A DNA stretch of 64,000 bases, taken from contig NW_018404037.1 in the NCBI RefSeq assembly GCF_002113885.1, forward strand, positions 51,492 through 115,491. Reading direction: 5' to 3'. A program made the position numbers and the translations under genes. The stretch comes from Mizuhopecten yessoensis. Lineage: Eukaryota. This document shows, in pieces, positions 24,591 to 38,880 of the stretch. Within the stretch, counting starts at the first letter, position 1; each line of letters starts with the position of its first letter. Under the pieces are notes generated by a model that ran no database searches, was not told where the DNA came from, and saw nothing but the letters and a program-made list of their open reading frames with translations.

Positions 24591-26597
24591 GAATTATAGA
24601 TATACACTATTGTGACGTCATACTCGTTGCGTTTGATATTACTAACCTGTTTCTGTTTTTGAAAGCTTTTTAATCGTTGTATTACAGAAACCATGTTATA
24701 GTATCACATTATTGAGGAAAAAAAGGATTGCAGGCCAAACCAAACATATTCATAATTCGACTTGTCACTCATCTTCTCAGGAGCACCATCCCTGAAGAGC
24801 CAACATAGGAAATTAATCTGTTGAAACAATTCTGCTTTTAAATCGATGGAATTCATGTCAAATTTAAAAGCAAAAATATATCATAATCTTGACTGTAGAT
24901 TGTGTAAGGGACAGTGTACTACCATAATACATACTATCATTTTAACGTTTTCTACAATCCTATTGGGATCCCAGGGCTATGTCCACATTATCTTCTCTGG
25001 GGTCCACTTGAGTAGCGTTATATATTTGTAATTTAATTAAACATAAAAAAACATCTAAACAATTATGTATATAACAGTTTTGAGATGCTTTCAAGATAAA
25101 CAATTAATTTTATCAAAACAAAACAAAACTTTCCCAAAAATAATTATAATAATATTGAAATAATTTAATTTATTAATACAGAAATTTATTGGAATAGTAA
25201 CTTTACAATGTTGTACTTCTTTAATTATATGGGTGATTAAATGTCGCTAACCCTTATAATCTATCCGCGGTCCCGATATAAAATTGTTGTATTTTTACAT
25301 GTGGATATCAGTGTATCTGACCTTGAACTTGTGACGTCATATAGGTGATCCTCATCAACCAACAAATAGATAATACGTGTATCCAACATATTAAGTGAGG
25401 CGAGATTATAGTTAGTGTTCGGGAGGGAGCCAGGTAGTTCACTCTCTTTAATTTCTCAACTGATAAAGGATTCAAACATACGGTAAATCGAGATAAAAGG
25501 GGAACTTTTTACTTGGCGCATGCAGAAAAAAATGTACAAAGTGCAACTTCTAGTTATCTCGGTTTGACCAGATTCCCATGTGAATGAGTGAATCACTAAA
25601 AAATAAAAAGGTCTGTAAACGATGTTTCCACATTTACTTTTTTCCAGCATTTGACTAGAAGACGGCGAGAGGTAGGTTATATATCCTTTTGACTAGTCAC
25701 GTGTTGGTACAGGTATGCATCCAGCAACTGATTGATCAAACTAACGTTAACCTGAAACCTATATTTCTCATCTATACGGCAGGATCCCATACTCTAGTTT
25801 GGTGTTCTGTTTCATATGACTATTTCACGAAACAAATATCATTATTTGTTTCAAGATGATGTTTGTATATTACTATATAATTAAGTTGTATTAGTCAATC
25901 ATCTGTTAACCAAAATCCTTCAGTCAATTGCCTGTAGAAGGAAGCTTTTTGTTTTGAAATACGTTTGTGCTTTCTTTCCACTTCTTTTGGTAGTTTCCAA
26001 AAAGATATTGATAACATGATATGTAAAATGACACACATCATTCTGTTGTGCTTGTTAAGGTTATTTAATTATAAACACAATACAAATGTTGGATTTCATT
26101 GATCTTAAAACTTATACACAACCCATTATCAGTTCAAAGTGTTCAAGCGTATACTGATGTATGTCTCAGAGCGAATACAAAGAGTTAAAATGTTTTTTTA
26201 TGATAATTATTGAATCAACAATGCTATTGTGTCGTTCATATTTTTCTTCTTCTTCACAGCTGATTCATTGAACATACAACTCTATGCAATTGCAGCTGTT
26301 CTCCTGATTAAGTATACTGGGTACCACTTGTGGTGTAGGAAACCTTATACAACACTTGTCCTCACCCTCGGTTTTTACAAGGATTCGTGATATCGCGAAT
26401 GCTTTGTGTTTCTCTTTGTTGCTATTGTCTTGTTTTCATCGACTTATCTTTTGTGTTATGTGTAATGAGACTGTAGTAGATCTATTAGCTGGTTCCTAGT
26501 GCTCTTAAAATCCGTTATGTATGATGCCAGCGATTCTATAAGTGCGACTGTTTCATGATATTTAGATTTTTTTTTTGGTTTTTACTGATTATGGTTT

Positions 26598-26965
26598 TAT
26601 TTTGTCTCTGAAATGAATGCTGTGTTATATTTTGTCTTGGAGTTGAATGCTGTGTTATATTTTGTCTTGGAGTCGCATGTTTTGGTATATTTTGTCTTTG
26701 AGTTGAATGCTGTGTTATATTTTATCTTGGAATTGCATGTTTTGGTATATTTTGTCTTTGAATTGAATGCTGTGGTATATTTTGTCTTGGAGTTGAATTT
26801 TGTATTATATTTTGTCTTGGAGTCGCATTTTTTGGTATATTTTGTGTTGGAGTTGAATGTCCTGGTATATTTTGTTTTAGAGTTGAATTTTGTGGCATAT
26901 TTTGTCTTGGAGTTGAATTCTGTGGTATATTTTTCCATTTTAGTTGATGTTTTGTATATTTTTCC
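26598..26965. repeat. 30-bp minisatellite, ~12 copies
   Basis: tattttgtcttggagttgaatgctgtg(g/t)ta. It explains ORFs 26597-26974(-) and 26613-26999(+). Confidence 0.95.
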
Positions 26966-27173
26966 TGATGTCACGACGCTGTTGTCATTTATGTATTGAC
27001 GCCTTTGGATACATTAATCTGTTTATCGACATTGTATTTTTGGCTTTGCTTGCTGACGCTGTTATCTATTTTGTCTTTGAGAATCGACATTATAGTGATT
27101 TTGTCTGTATATTGGAATAATGCTATATTTTGTACTGAAGTGCTGACAATTTGATGTATTTTATTATGTGTCT

Positions 27174-30100
27174 TGACGCTATAGTAATATGTCGTAGTTT
27201 GTTAACGTATCGGTATATATTTTGTGTGTTGACGCTGTAGTAATCTGTCCTAGTTTGTTGACGTATCAGCATATATTTTGTGTGTTGACGTTATAGTAAT
27301 CTGTCGTAGTTTGTTGACGTATCGGTATATATTTTGTGTAGCGACGCTATAGTAATCTGTCCTAGTTTGTTGACGTATCAGTATATATTTTGTATGTTGA
27401 CGCTATAGTAATCTGTCGTAGTTTGTTGACGTTTCGATATATATTTTGTGTGTTGACGTTATAGTAATATGTCCTAATTTGTTGACGTGTCGGTATATAT
27501 TTTGTGTGTTGACGGTATAGTATTCTGTCGTAGTTTGTTCACGTATCGGTATATATTTTGTGTCTTGACGCTATAGTAATCTGTCGTAGTTTGTTCACGT
27601 ATCGGTATATATCTTGTGTGTTGACGCTATAGTAATATGTCGTGGTTTGTTGACGTATCGGTATATATTTTGTATGTTGACGCTATAGTTATCTGTCGTA
27701 GTTTGTTGACGTTTCGATATATATATTGTGTGTTGACGTTATAGTAATATGTCCGAATTTGTTGACGTATCGGTATATATTTTGTATGTTGACGCTATAG
27801 TACTCTGTCGTAGTTTGTTGACGTTTCGATATATATATTGTGTGTTGACGTTATAGTAATATGTCCGAATTTGTTGACGTATCGGTATATATTTTGTATG
27901 TTGACGTTATAGTAATCTGTCGTAGTTTGTTCACGTATCGGGATATATTTTGTGTGTTGACGCTATAGTTATATGTCGTAGTTTGTTGACGTATCGGTAG
28001 ATATTTTGTTTGTTGACGCTATAGTAATATGTCGTAGTTTGTTAACGTATCGGTATATAATTTGTGTGTTGACGCTATAGTAATCTGTCGTAGTTTGTTG
28101 ACGTTTCGATATATATATTGTGTGTTGACGTTATAGTAATATGTCCGAATTTGTTGACGTATCGGTATATATTTTGTATGTTGACGCTATAGTTATCTGT
28201 CGTAGTTTGTTGACGTTTCGATATATATATTGTGTGTTGACGTTATAGTAATATGTCCGAATTTGTTGACGTATCGGTATATATTTTGTATGTTGACGCT
28301 ATAGTAATCTGTCGTAGTTTGTTGATGTATCGGTATATATTTTGTTTGTTGACGCTTTAGTAATCTGTCTTAGTTTAATGACGTTTCGGTATATATTTTG
28401 TGTAGTGACGCTATAGTAATCTGTCGTAGTTTGTTAACGTTTCGATATATATTTTGTGTGTTGACTTTATAGTAATATGTCCTAATTTGTTGACGTCTCG
28501 GTATATATTTTGTTTGTTGACGTTATAGTAATATGTCGTAGTTTGTTGTCGTATCGGTATATATTTTGTTTGTTGACGTTATAGTAATCTGTCGTAGTTT
28601 GTTCACGTATCGGGATATATTTTGTGTGTTGACGGTATAGTAATCTGTCGTAGTTTGTTCACGTATCGGGATATATTTTGTGTGTTGACGCTATAGTAAT
28701 CTGCTCTAGTTTTGTTGACGTATCGGTATATATTTTGTGTGTTGACGGTATAGTAATCTGTCGTAGTTTGTTCACGTATCGGTATATATTTTGTGTGTTG
28801 ACGCTATAGTAATATGTCGTAGTTTGTTGACGTATCGGTATATATTTTGTTTGTTGACGTTATAGTAATCTGTCGTAGTTTGTTCACGTATCGGTATATA
28901 TTTTGTGTGTTGACGGTATAGTAATCTGTCGTAGTTTGTTCACGTATCGGTATATATTTTGTGTGTTGACGCTATAGTAATCTGTCGTAGTTTGTTGACG
29001 TATCGGTAAATATTTTGTGTGTTGACGCTATAGTAATCTGTCGTAGTTTGTTGATGTATCGGTATATATTTTGTTTGTTGACGCTTTAGTAATCTGTCTT
29101 AGTTTAATGACGTTTCGGTATATATTTTGTGTAGTGACGCTATAGTAATCTGTCGTAGTTTGTTGACGTATCGGTATATATTTTGTGTGTTGACGCTATA
29201 GTAATCTGTCGTAGTTTGTTGACGTATCGGTATATATTTTGTGTGTTGACGCTATAGTAATCTGTCCTAGTTTGTTGACGTATCGGTATATATTTTGTGT
29301 AGTGACGCTATAGTAATCTGTCTTAGTTTGTTGACGTATCGGTATATATTTTGTTTGTTGACGCTATAGTAATCTGCCCTAGTTTGTTGACGTATCGGTA
29401 TATATTTTGTTTGTTGACGCTATAGTAATCTGTCGTAGTTTGTTGACGTATCGGTATATATTTTGTGTGTTGACGCTATAGTAATCTGTCCTAGTTTGTT
29501 GACGTATCGGTATATATTTTGTGTAGTGACGCTATAGTAATCTGTCTTAGTTTGTTGACGTATCGGTATATATTTTGTGTGTTGACGTTATAGTAATCTG
29601 TCGTAGTTTGTTGACGTATCGGTATATATTTTGTGTGTTGACGCTATAGTAATCTGTCCTAGTTTGTTGACGTATCGGTATATATTTTGTGTAGTGACGC
29701 TATAGTAATCTGTCTTAGTTTGTTGACGTATCGGTATATATTTTGTGTAGTGACGCTATAGTAATCTGTCTTAGTTTGTTGACGTATCGGTATATATTTT
29801 GTGTGTTGACGTTATAGTAATCTGTCGTAGTTTGTTGACGTATCGGTATATATTTTGTGTGTTGACGCTATAGTAATCTGTCCTAGTTTGTTGACGTATC
29901 GGTATATATTTTGTGTAGTGACGCTATAGTAATCTGTCTTAGTTTGTTGACGTATCGGTATATATTTTGTGTGTTGACGTTATAGTAATCTGTCGTAGTT
30001 TGTTGACGTATCGGTATATATTTTGTGTGTTGACGCTATAGTAATCTGTCCTAGTTTGTTGACGTATCGGTATATATTTTGTGTAGTGACGCTATAGTAA

Positions 30101-31320
30101 TCTGTCTTAGTTTGTTGACGTATCGGTATATATTTTGTGTGTTGACGTTATAGTAATCTGTCGTAGTTTGTTGACGTATCGGTATATATTTTGTGTGTTG
30201 ACGCTATAGTAATCTGTCCTAGTTTGTTGACGTATCGGTATATATTTTGTGTGTTGACGCTATAGTAATCTGTCTTAGTTTGTTGACGTATCGGTATATA
30301 TTTTGTGTGTTGACGCTATAGTAATCTGTCTTAGTTTGTTGACGTATCGGTATATATTTTGTGTGTTGACGCTATAGTAATCTGTTCTAGTTTTGTTGAC
30401 GTATCGGTATATATTTTGTGTAGTGACGCTATAGTAATCTGTCTTAGTTTGTTGACGTATCGGTATATATTTTGTGTGTTGACGCTTTAGTAATCTGTCC
30501 TAGTTTTGTTAACGTTTCGGTATATATTTTGTGTAGTGACGCTATAGTAATCTGTCTTAGTTTGTTGACGTATCGGTATATATTTTGTTTGTTGACGCTA
30601 TAGTAATCTGCCCTAGTTTGTTGACGTATCGGTATATATTTTGTTTGTTGACGCTATAGTAATCTGTCGTAGTTTGTTGACGTATCGGTATATATTTTGT
30701 GTGTTGACGCTATAGTAATAAGTCGCAGTTTGATGACGTATCGGTATATATTTTGTGTGTTGACGTTATAGTAATAACTCGCAGTTTGTTGACGTATCGG
30801 TATATATTTTGTATGTTGACGCTATAGTAATCTGTCCTAGTTTTGTTAACGTTTCGGTATATATTTTGTGTGTTGACGCTATAGTAATCTGCCCTAGTTT
30901 GTTGATGTATCGGTATATATTTTGTGTGTTGACGCTATATTAATATGTCGCAGTTTGTTGACGTATCGGTATATATTTTGTGTGTTGACGCTATAGTAAT
31001 CTGTCCTAGTTTTGTTAACGTTTCGGTATATATTTTTGTGTTGACGCTATAGTAATCTGCCCTAGTTTGTTGACGTATCGGTATATATTTTGTGTGTTGA
31101 CGCTATAGTAATCTGTCGTAGTTTGTTGACGTATCGGTATATATTTTGTGTGTGTTGACGCTATAGTAATATGTCGCAGTTTGTTGACGTATCGGTATAT
31201 ATTTTGTGTGTTGACGCTATAGTAATCTGTTCTAGTTTTGTTGACGTTTCGGTATATGTTTTTGTGTTGACGCTATAGTAATCTGTCCTAGTTTGTTGAC
31301 GTTTCGGTATATATTTTGTC
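27174..31320. repeat. 56-bp satellite, ~74 copies, internally dimeric
   Basis: Unit ttgacgctatagtaatctgtcgtagtttg-ttgacgtatcggtatatattttgtgtg. The period is 56, e.g. 29191 to 29247. Confidence 0.99.
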
Positions 31321-32929
31321 CAAAGCACTTAACCATATCAAAAGTTATAAGATATGTTTCTGTTGTCTAACATCGTGTCCTGAAGAGAAACTCCCGACCT
31401 ACTCCAATGCAGACAATTTATGTGGCCAACCTCCTTATATAACTGGCCCGACTAATCAGCTCCTTTAAAGTTAGACAGCCTAAATCACTCGAGTTGCAAA
31501 CGAATTAAAATATTCAATACTTAATTCAATGATCACACTTCTGGAATCGTTTTATCTCATATTAAATCACACCAAGCCTCAGCAGACAAGTGGGATTGCG
31601 GTATGTTATATAAATAAGAGTGAGAAACACCCTGACTTTCCATGTTAAGTTGGCTGACGACAGACCAAGTCAATATTGACACAGATTAACTGGTATTTGT
31701 CGTCGACATCAAACCATCGCTTACCACACCACTACGGAAGCGGATTTAGACCATATCTTCTTTTAAAGAAAAATGTTAAGTTAATTCTGTCGATATTTTT
31801 AACAGGCTTCTAGCCTGTTCACGTAGTAAAATTACAAATCACACTTGCAAACCTTACTTTCCAAAGAAAAGTTTACCAAACATTATGCGTACGTTTTTAT
31901 GAGAGTTCACGATGACCTCCGAGTAAGGATTTCACATTTGGGGACTGATGATGTGGTACATTTATATTATGTTAATCTGTATATGTTATAAGCTGTACAG
32001 GTACACAGCGGCTGACTATTGTAATGCATTTATTTGATTCGTCATAAAATTATACCGTTATAATTGTTGTCATTATGTCTGTATATGTCTTGTCGTAAAT
32101 TGAAAAATGGATGTTATGTTAGACACATACAGGTAATTACGTCTTTAACATTTTGTAATAAAAACATATCTGTTCACCATATCTAACCAATAAAACAGGA
32201 CTCGCCATGGTGTATTCGAACAAAATAGCATATACACTGGAAGAAAACTGTTATTCATAGTAACATGTCATTTAATTCTATGATATCTACCAATTGCAGT
32301 AAAATGACGAAAACATTCCCAAACTGATTTTCTGTAAGCCCATAATTATATACTCATCAATATATACTTGTGCATATGATTTCTTTTATGAAACCAACAT
32401 TTTCTTGATAACTTAAAATCGGAAATACTAACTTAGAATTAAAATCTTATAAACATTGAAGGAGGCCAAACTAGGGAGGTCATATAGAACGTACGATCGG
32501 TAATCTGTTTAACGAGAAAAAATATCGAAAGTATTGAATGTTGTAAAAACACCAGGTGATAACGGAGAAAGTTACCGACACTGATCTATGGTGTTTAAAA
32601 CATTACAAAGTGTTATTATTGATATGGAAATAACATAATACTTACACGATAGATGATCAAACAATAAAATTTTGAGAAACGTTGTCTTTTAACTATTCTA
32701 TGATTAATATATGTCTACGCTTGTTAACGAATGTGAAAGACACAGTGAAGGTTTATTTCCTTAGCGTTTGTATGACAATATTGAAGTTCTTTTGTTCTTA
32801 ACGTTTGTGAGAGAAGTCGTAGATTTAGAAAACGTTGAAGTTAGTTGTACTTTTTTTGTACGAGAAATTTTGTTTTAAAGCATTTACTGGAGAGTAATTG
32901 GAGGATTCTACGACTCTAAAACATCCCTT

Positions 32930-33112
32930 TATCCAAGATCTTATACATGACCACCCTTACACCTATATCCAAGATCTTATACATGACCACCCTTACACCT
33001 ATATCCAAGATCTTATACATGACCACCCTTACACCTATATCCAAGATCTTATACATGACCACCCTTACACCTATATCCAAGACCTTATACATGACCACCC
33101 TTACACCTATAT
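32930..33112. repeat. 36-bp minisatellite, 5 copies
   Basis: tatccaagatcttatacatgaccacccttacaccta. It explains ORFs 32898(+) and 32916(-). Confidence 0.97.
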
Positions 33113-34819
33113 AAGTGTATTTGGTGCATTTCCTCTTGTTCATATATGTTATATACATCTACTCACGCACGTCATTGCGAGACTCTCCACTTAGCACGTA
33201 ATGGTACGTATAACTTGAGTCAGTATGTTATTATATTTTCATTTCGTGTGGCAAAGCCCTCCTATATTACCAATAAAGTACTGCCAATAGCAGCTTCATC
33301 TTATGAGACTATAACTGAAGTTGGTCTTTGCACCTCCGGGCGGCTTAACATTGTCACCACCGAACTTATGGTATCTTCTGCTTTGATCCCGAACACCAGG
33401 TGCCTGTCTCAAGTTAAATGCTAACATCATTGGGATATGTGTGCCCTTCCCCATCTATACGTTATGTGTGTTATCTCTTTTAATGTAAGAATATATTTCA
33501 CCTTTGCTGTTCCTATAAGCTTCCGTAAATAAACCATTGTTACACTTCCAGCCCGTATTTCTCTGTGGCGTGTTGCTACAGTGGCCGTGTTCGGGAGGCC
33601 CTACATAATCTTTTGTCAAATATCAAAGTATTTAACTGGTTTGAACTTCAGGTTTTTTTATAGAAAAAAATGAAACTATTTATATATAAATTTATCATTC
33701 ACAGCGGGTATGTATTTGATCTCAAATATTTACTTGTAAAAAGACCCGATATAACTTCAAATGTAATATATAGGACATCTGTTTATGTGTAAATCAAAAT
33801 GGAAAAAATAATTTATGATTTATGTACGATCAATATATTTGTTAAATGTAATGAGCAAAAAGTATTATCAGCTTCTTACAATAGTGAAAAAAATGTCCTT
33901 CATTTTGATTACTTTTTCAACAATTTACTGCAAGCCCCGGATACCGATATCTCGTAACAAACAAGTTTATAATAGGTAAACGTTTTCCCTTTCAATTTGT
34001 ATGTGTAATCAAATTACTTATTTCTTTATTTGAAAGTTCCAATGAACGTTGAAAATAATCTGTCTGTATAAAACAAAATATACATGAAAAACCGAAATAG
34101 TACACATGCTGTTTTTAACGTCAACAGAAAGGTTGACTTAAATTAAAAGAAAAATATTTTTAAAAAAAACCCACCCTCAAACAATAAATTAATACAGCGA
34201 CCATAAAGTAAAACAGAATTCTTTACGTCTGAGTTTGATACTGGAGGTCGATAAAAATGAAAGTCGATGTCTGTGATGTTCAAGTAAAACCAACTCGATA
34301 ACAACTAAATATTGATAGCAATAACATACATTTGATATAGGATTATTAAAATACCATATTACTGTACTAATTTGTTAAAAGTAGTCGATGCAAATATTGA
34401 CAATATCATAATCAAAGATATTGTAAGTACGTTAGGAATTGAAAACAAACTCAACAAGTTTAATTATATCAAGAGGTGGCATGCTGAAGAGGAATAATTA
34501 GAATTATAATGAAATATTTGCAACGTCAGAAAATGCTGCCTGTCAAGGACAATAGTCACAATTGAACACGTATAGAAGTCACTGTGTTTCTAAAATTATC
34601 ATAATATGCTATCAATGTTTTGAAAACTATAACACAGGTGAAATCGGTTCTGATGTCTCATGGATATCCAGTCTTGTCGACGATCGAAAAAGTTTCGTAT
34701 AGTTGCTGAAACCCTCTCTTATAGATCAAAATATCAGTGAGTATATCGGCCAAAACATTATAAATGTAAATTTGTGTAGATTTATTGCGTTGGACGTTTA
34801 ATCAGGGTGAATAAAACAA

Positions 34820-35005
34820 AGAACCGTGGTATAATTAATACAATGAAACAGAGTACCATGGTATAATTAGAACAATGAAACAGAGTATCGTGGTATAACT
34901 AGAACAATGAAACAGAGTATCGTGGTATAATTAGAACAATGAAACAAAGTACCGTGGTCTAATTAGAACAATGAAACAGAGTACCGTGGTATAATTAGAA
35001 CAATA
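34820..35005. repeat. 32-bp minisatellite, ~5.5 copies
   Basis: gagtaccgtggtataattagaacaatgaaaca. Confidence 0.94.
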
Positions 35006-38000
35006 ATAAGCATGTTGTTTGTTCTGAATGAATATATTCCTGCAACGTGTTGTTAATTTAGCTGCTAGAATTTTGAAGTGATCGTACAAGACAGGTATTT
35101 GATAGTAGGAATGTTTATTGGAGGCAGTTCATTGCGCAGTATAAATGAATATTTCAAAGTATCCTGTGCTTATTACCATATATTGTATTTCTAGAAATTC
35201 AGTGTATTTGAAATCATTTTCTATAGAATAAACAAAATTTTGCATTGTTTTAAATGGTAAATCAAACATTGTTCATGTTTAATTAGAAGTTATCGCTGCA
35301 AGCAGGACTAAATTAGGTAACAGCTATCAAATATTAATATTATATCTAGGAAAGTATCTCATAACTGTGACTAAGCTACCAAATCTTAGTTGATCTTACA
35401 TTGATAAATAGGTATTGGTAATTGCGAAAGCATTGCCCACCTCTACTGTTAAATACTCCTGACTCCGGCGGGACGTGTATAACGTCACCGGACTGTTCTT
35501 ACAATGGTTATTCTTGACATATTTTTATTGGTCATTAGGTAAAAAAATGAACAGACGGGTCGGCCTACATAGTAAAATTATATAAGACATTATGTATAGA
35601 TATATTAGTATAACGACCAAGGGGATAGGTTTATAAACAATTGCCAAGTTTATGGTTAGCCTTGATATCTGGGACCAGTTGGCTTGCTCCCAGACTATCA
35701 CTACCTGCGTACCATCACAATAATGATCAACTCAGTGGAAGACAATACCTGCAAATTTGGTTTTAATTAACATTTATCCATCCAATCCAGACGTACTCTT
35801 TCATCTAGTTATTTATCGTACACTGTACTTACATAATTACTTTGTTTGTTTGATCAGGCATTTAACTGATTTCGAAAATAATATTATTCGGTCAAGACTG
35901 TGCACGCATTCTTCGCATATTTTTGTTTTGTTTCTAATGCTTCAACATATAGGTTTGTTGTAAGAATAGTACTGCGCCATTCTCTTACATTTGATATGCA
36001 CAATTTAAATGTTATTCAGGTATATCAATAACTTATCTCCCTAACTTTATCCAGAAACCCTTATATCTACTGAACATTTATATACCTTAGACATTCTAGT
36101 AAAACAGAGCTCAGTCGATTTCAATATAGTAACATGTTATCAGGTCGTGTCATGAGATATTCCCATGAGGCCCAGATAAAGAGACATAAATTATTTTCCA
36201 TAAACTGATTTGAAGGATTCTTATTATTTTTCACAAACCGTTCACGATGAAAGTAGCATTCGTTTGCAGATTTGACAATACGTAATTACGTTACTGTGCA
36301 ATAGAAGGTATCTGTATGGTCAATTTAATAGGACTTTGACTCATACTCAATAGAATACACAACCAGCTTAACTCATATAAAACAAAATACTGATTAACCC
36401 CAAGACATCTTTTCCAATGGGTTAGCATTTCAAAATAATATTAACCAAGTTATCTGATCGTTCCTAATGTCAGTAAATAGTTTGCTTTCTGCCAATAGTA
36501 GTTCTACCTATGTAATGCTGTAACCTTTATTATGTCTAGCTGTTCTTAGTCTTCTTCTGTGTCTATTGAAGTAAGTTTTTATCGAGGCTGGCCCTTATAG
36601 ATTCCCGTGTGTTTGTTATCATACGTTTGCAAAGTCTGAGACCTAACCGGATTCAACGCAATTGAATTAAGTGTTCTGAGTGAACTTTCCATAAATGTCA
36701 ATGGAAGAAAATGAAGATTCTGTTTAATTTATCACGTTTTCTGATGTGGCCTACGTTTTGCAATACCTAGCATCGCAGATGAGTCCTAGAAGACGGAGAC
36801 ACGGTTGGGTGGTGCTATGTAATTCTTTTTTTTTTTGACATACTGTATCGGCATGTGTGTGCTACGTACATTCTCTTTAACTGTTTTGGTTATCTATTGT
36901 TGACTTGTTCAGACTTTTGTGTAAATGTTATTTAACAAGCAGTTGGTTTTATTGTAGTAAATCTTATCTATCCCAGTGTTCGTACTGAAAAGTAAAGAAA
37001 GAACAGTACGACACTCAAGGACAGCATAGGAATTTAAAATATATACAGAAAACACTGGTCTCATTATGTACCTTACAAATCCGCGTTGCTATGTTATTTT
37101 GATCTTGTATGTTCTAATTAGGAACAGATAGTATAAAAAATGATACGAAACTATTTATTTAAGGTGAACACATTGCGATAAGTAAAGTACCTGCATTTCA
37201 GGGAGAAGGAGCGTTTCAAACGTGTAACGTGATTTAAGTAACATAGTTTAAAGTCCTCGATAATAGAAGCCCAGTACCGCTGAGTAACCGCGGAGGAATC
37301 TGCAACATAGAAGATGGCGTAGGAATCTAAATTCACGGGGTGCCAGGTCCCTATGAAGCAGGTAGTTTAGAACATAACTGTGTACATTTATTTAATGAAG
37401 TAAGCGACTAATCTGAACATGTGTTGACTGCACATGCTACTTCCTACATAAATAGCAAGGAAATGTTGGCAATATTTTCAGACAGAATCCATTCATTTAT
37501 ATCTACAAAGGTCAGAGTTCGCATTAGCCACTCTGTCGATTGTGTTTACACATTTCTGTGACGCGCGATACGGTCTGCAGTCTATATACCTTTGTACATA
37601 GCTCACCATTACGTGGAGGTGTTGAAGTGCTTGTTTACAGGTGCCATATCTGTTCGTAAATAAAAATGTGATAAACTCTCATTAATGTGTAAATGTATAT
37701 GTTGTGTTAAGGGGTAACATGCACTCTTACACTGTATATAAATCCATGTAATAGGACGTCACCGCCTTTCCACACCCACTGGGTAGCTGTCCACGCGCTA
37801 TCACTGCCGATACTATATACATTAGTGGTAGTCTTACTTCCTCCCACACCAAGACTTATGTCATCAAGGATTGTCCGATTCCTTAATAACATAGGTCGTT
37901 TTCATCCAAACAACTTTTTTTGACAATTTAATATGTTTGTTGTAAGCTAATTTGATTAATGTTTTTTTATACAATAAAACTTGAATCTCTCGACCGTACA

Positions 38001-38144
38001 TGTACCTCCGTTTATACAACGACCATTCTATTGATAACAGTTATATCCATACTTTAAACTTCATCCTTCAATTTATATTTTAATATTTCAGTCACTCTTT
38101 GTTTTTCTAGCAATTATTTCCATCAACAAAACATCAGTCCATTG

Positions 38145-38880
38145 AATCTCTTGACCATACCTCCAACTACCTTCCAATCTCTCCCCGACGATACCTCCAC
38201 CATACTTTAATCACTCCCGACCATACCTCTACCATACGCTGATCTCTCCCCGACCAAACCTCCACCATACTTTGATCTCTCCTCGACCAAACCTCCACCA
38301 TACTTTGATCTCTCCTCGACCATACCTCCACCATACATTGATCTCTCCCAGATCATACCTCTTCCATACTTCAATCTCTTTTCGACCGAACCTCCACCAT
38401 ACTTTGTTCTCTCCTCGACCAAACCTCCCCCATACATTGATCTCTCCCAGACCAAAACCTCTACCATACTTCAATCTCTCTTCGACCGAACCTCCACCAT
38501 ACTTTGTTCTCTCCTCGACCAAACCTCTACCATACTTTGTTCTCTCCTCGACCATACCTCCACCATACTTTGATCTCTCTTCGACCATACCTTCCCCATA
38601 CATTAATCTCTCCCAGACCATACCTCTACCATACTTTGTTCTCTCCTCGACCATACCTCCACCATGCTTTGTTCTCTCCTCGACCAAACCTCCCCATACA
38701 TTGATCTCTCCCAGACCAAACCTCTACCATACTTCAATCTCTCTTCGACCGAACCTCCACCATACTTTGTTCTCTCCTCGACCATACCTCCACCATACTT
38801 TGATCTCTCCTCGACCAAACCTCCACCATACTTTGATCTCTCCCAGACCATACCTCAATTTCTTCTCGACCATACCCATC
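38145..38880. repeat. 33-bp pyrimidine-rich minisatellite, ~22 copies
   Basis: ctcgaccatacctccaccatactttgatctctc. It produces 11-aa periodic ORFs in several frames. Confidence 0.97.

Noticed and set aside
26597-26999. Repeat proteins on both strands
   Set aside because: 30-bp minisatellite that grades into non-triplet arrays.
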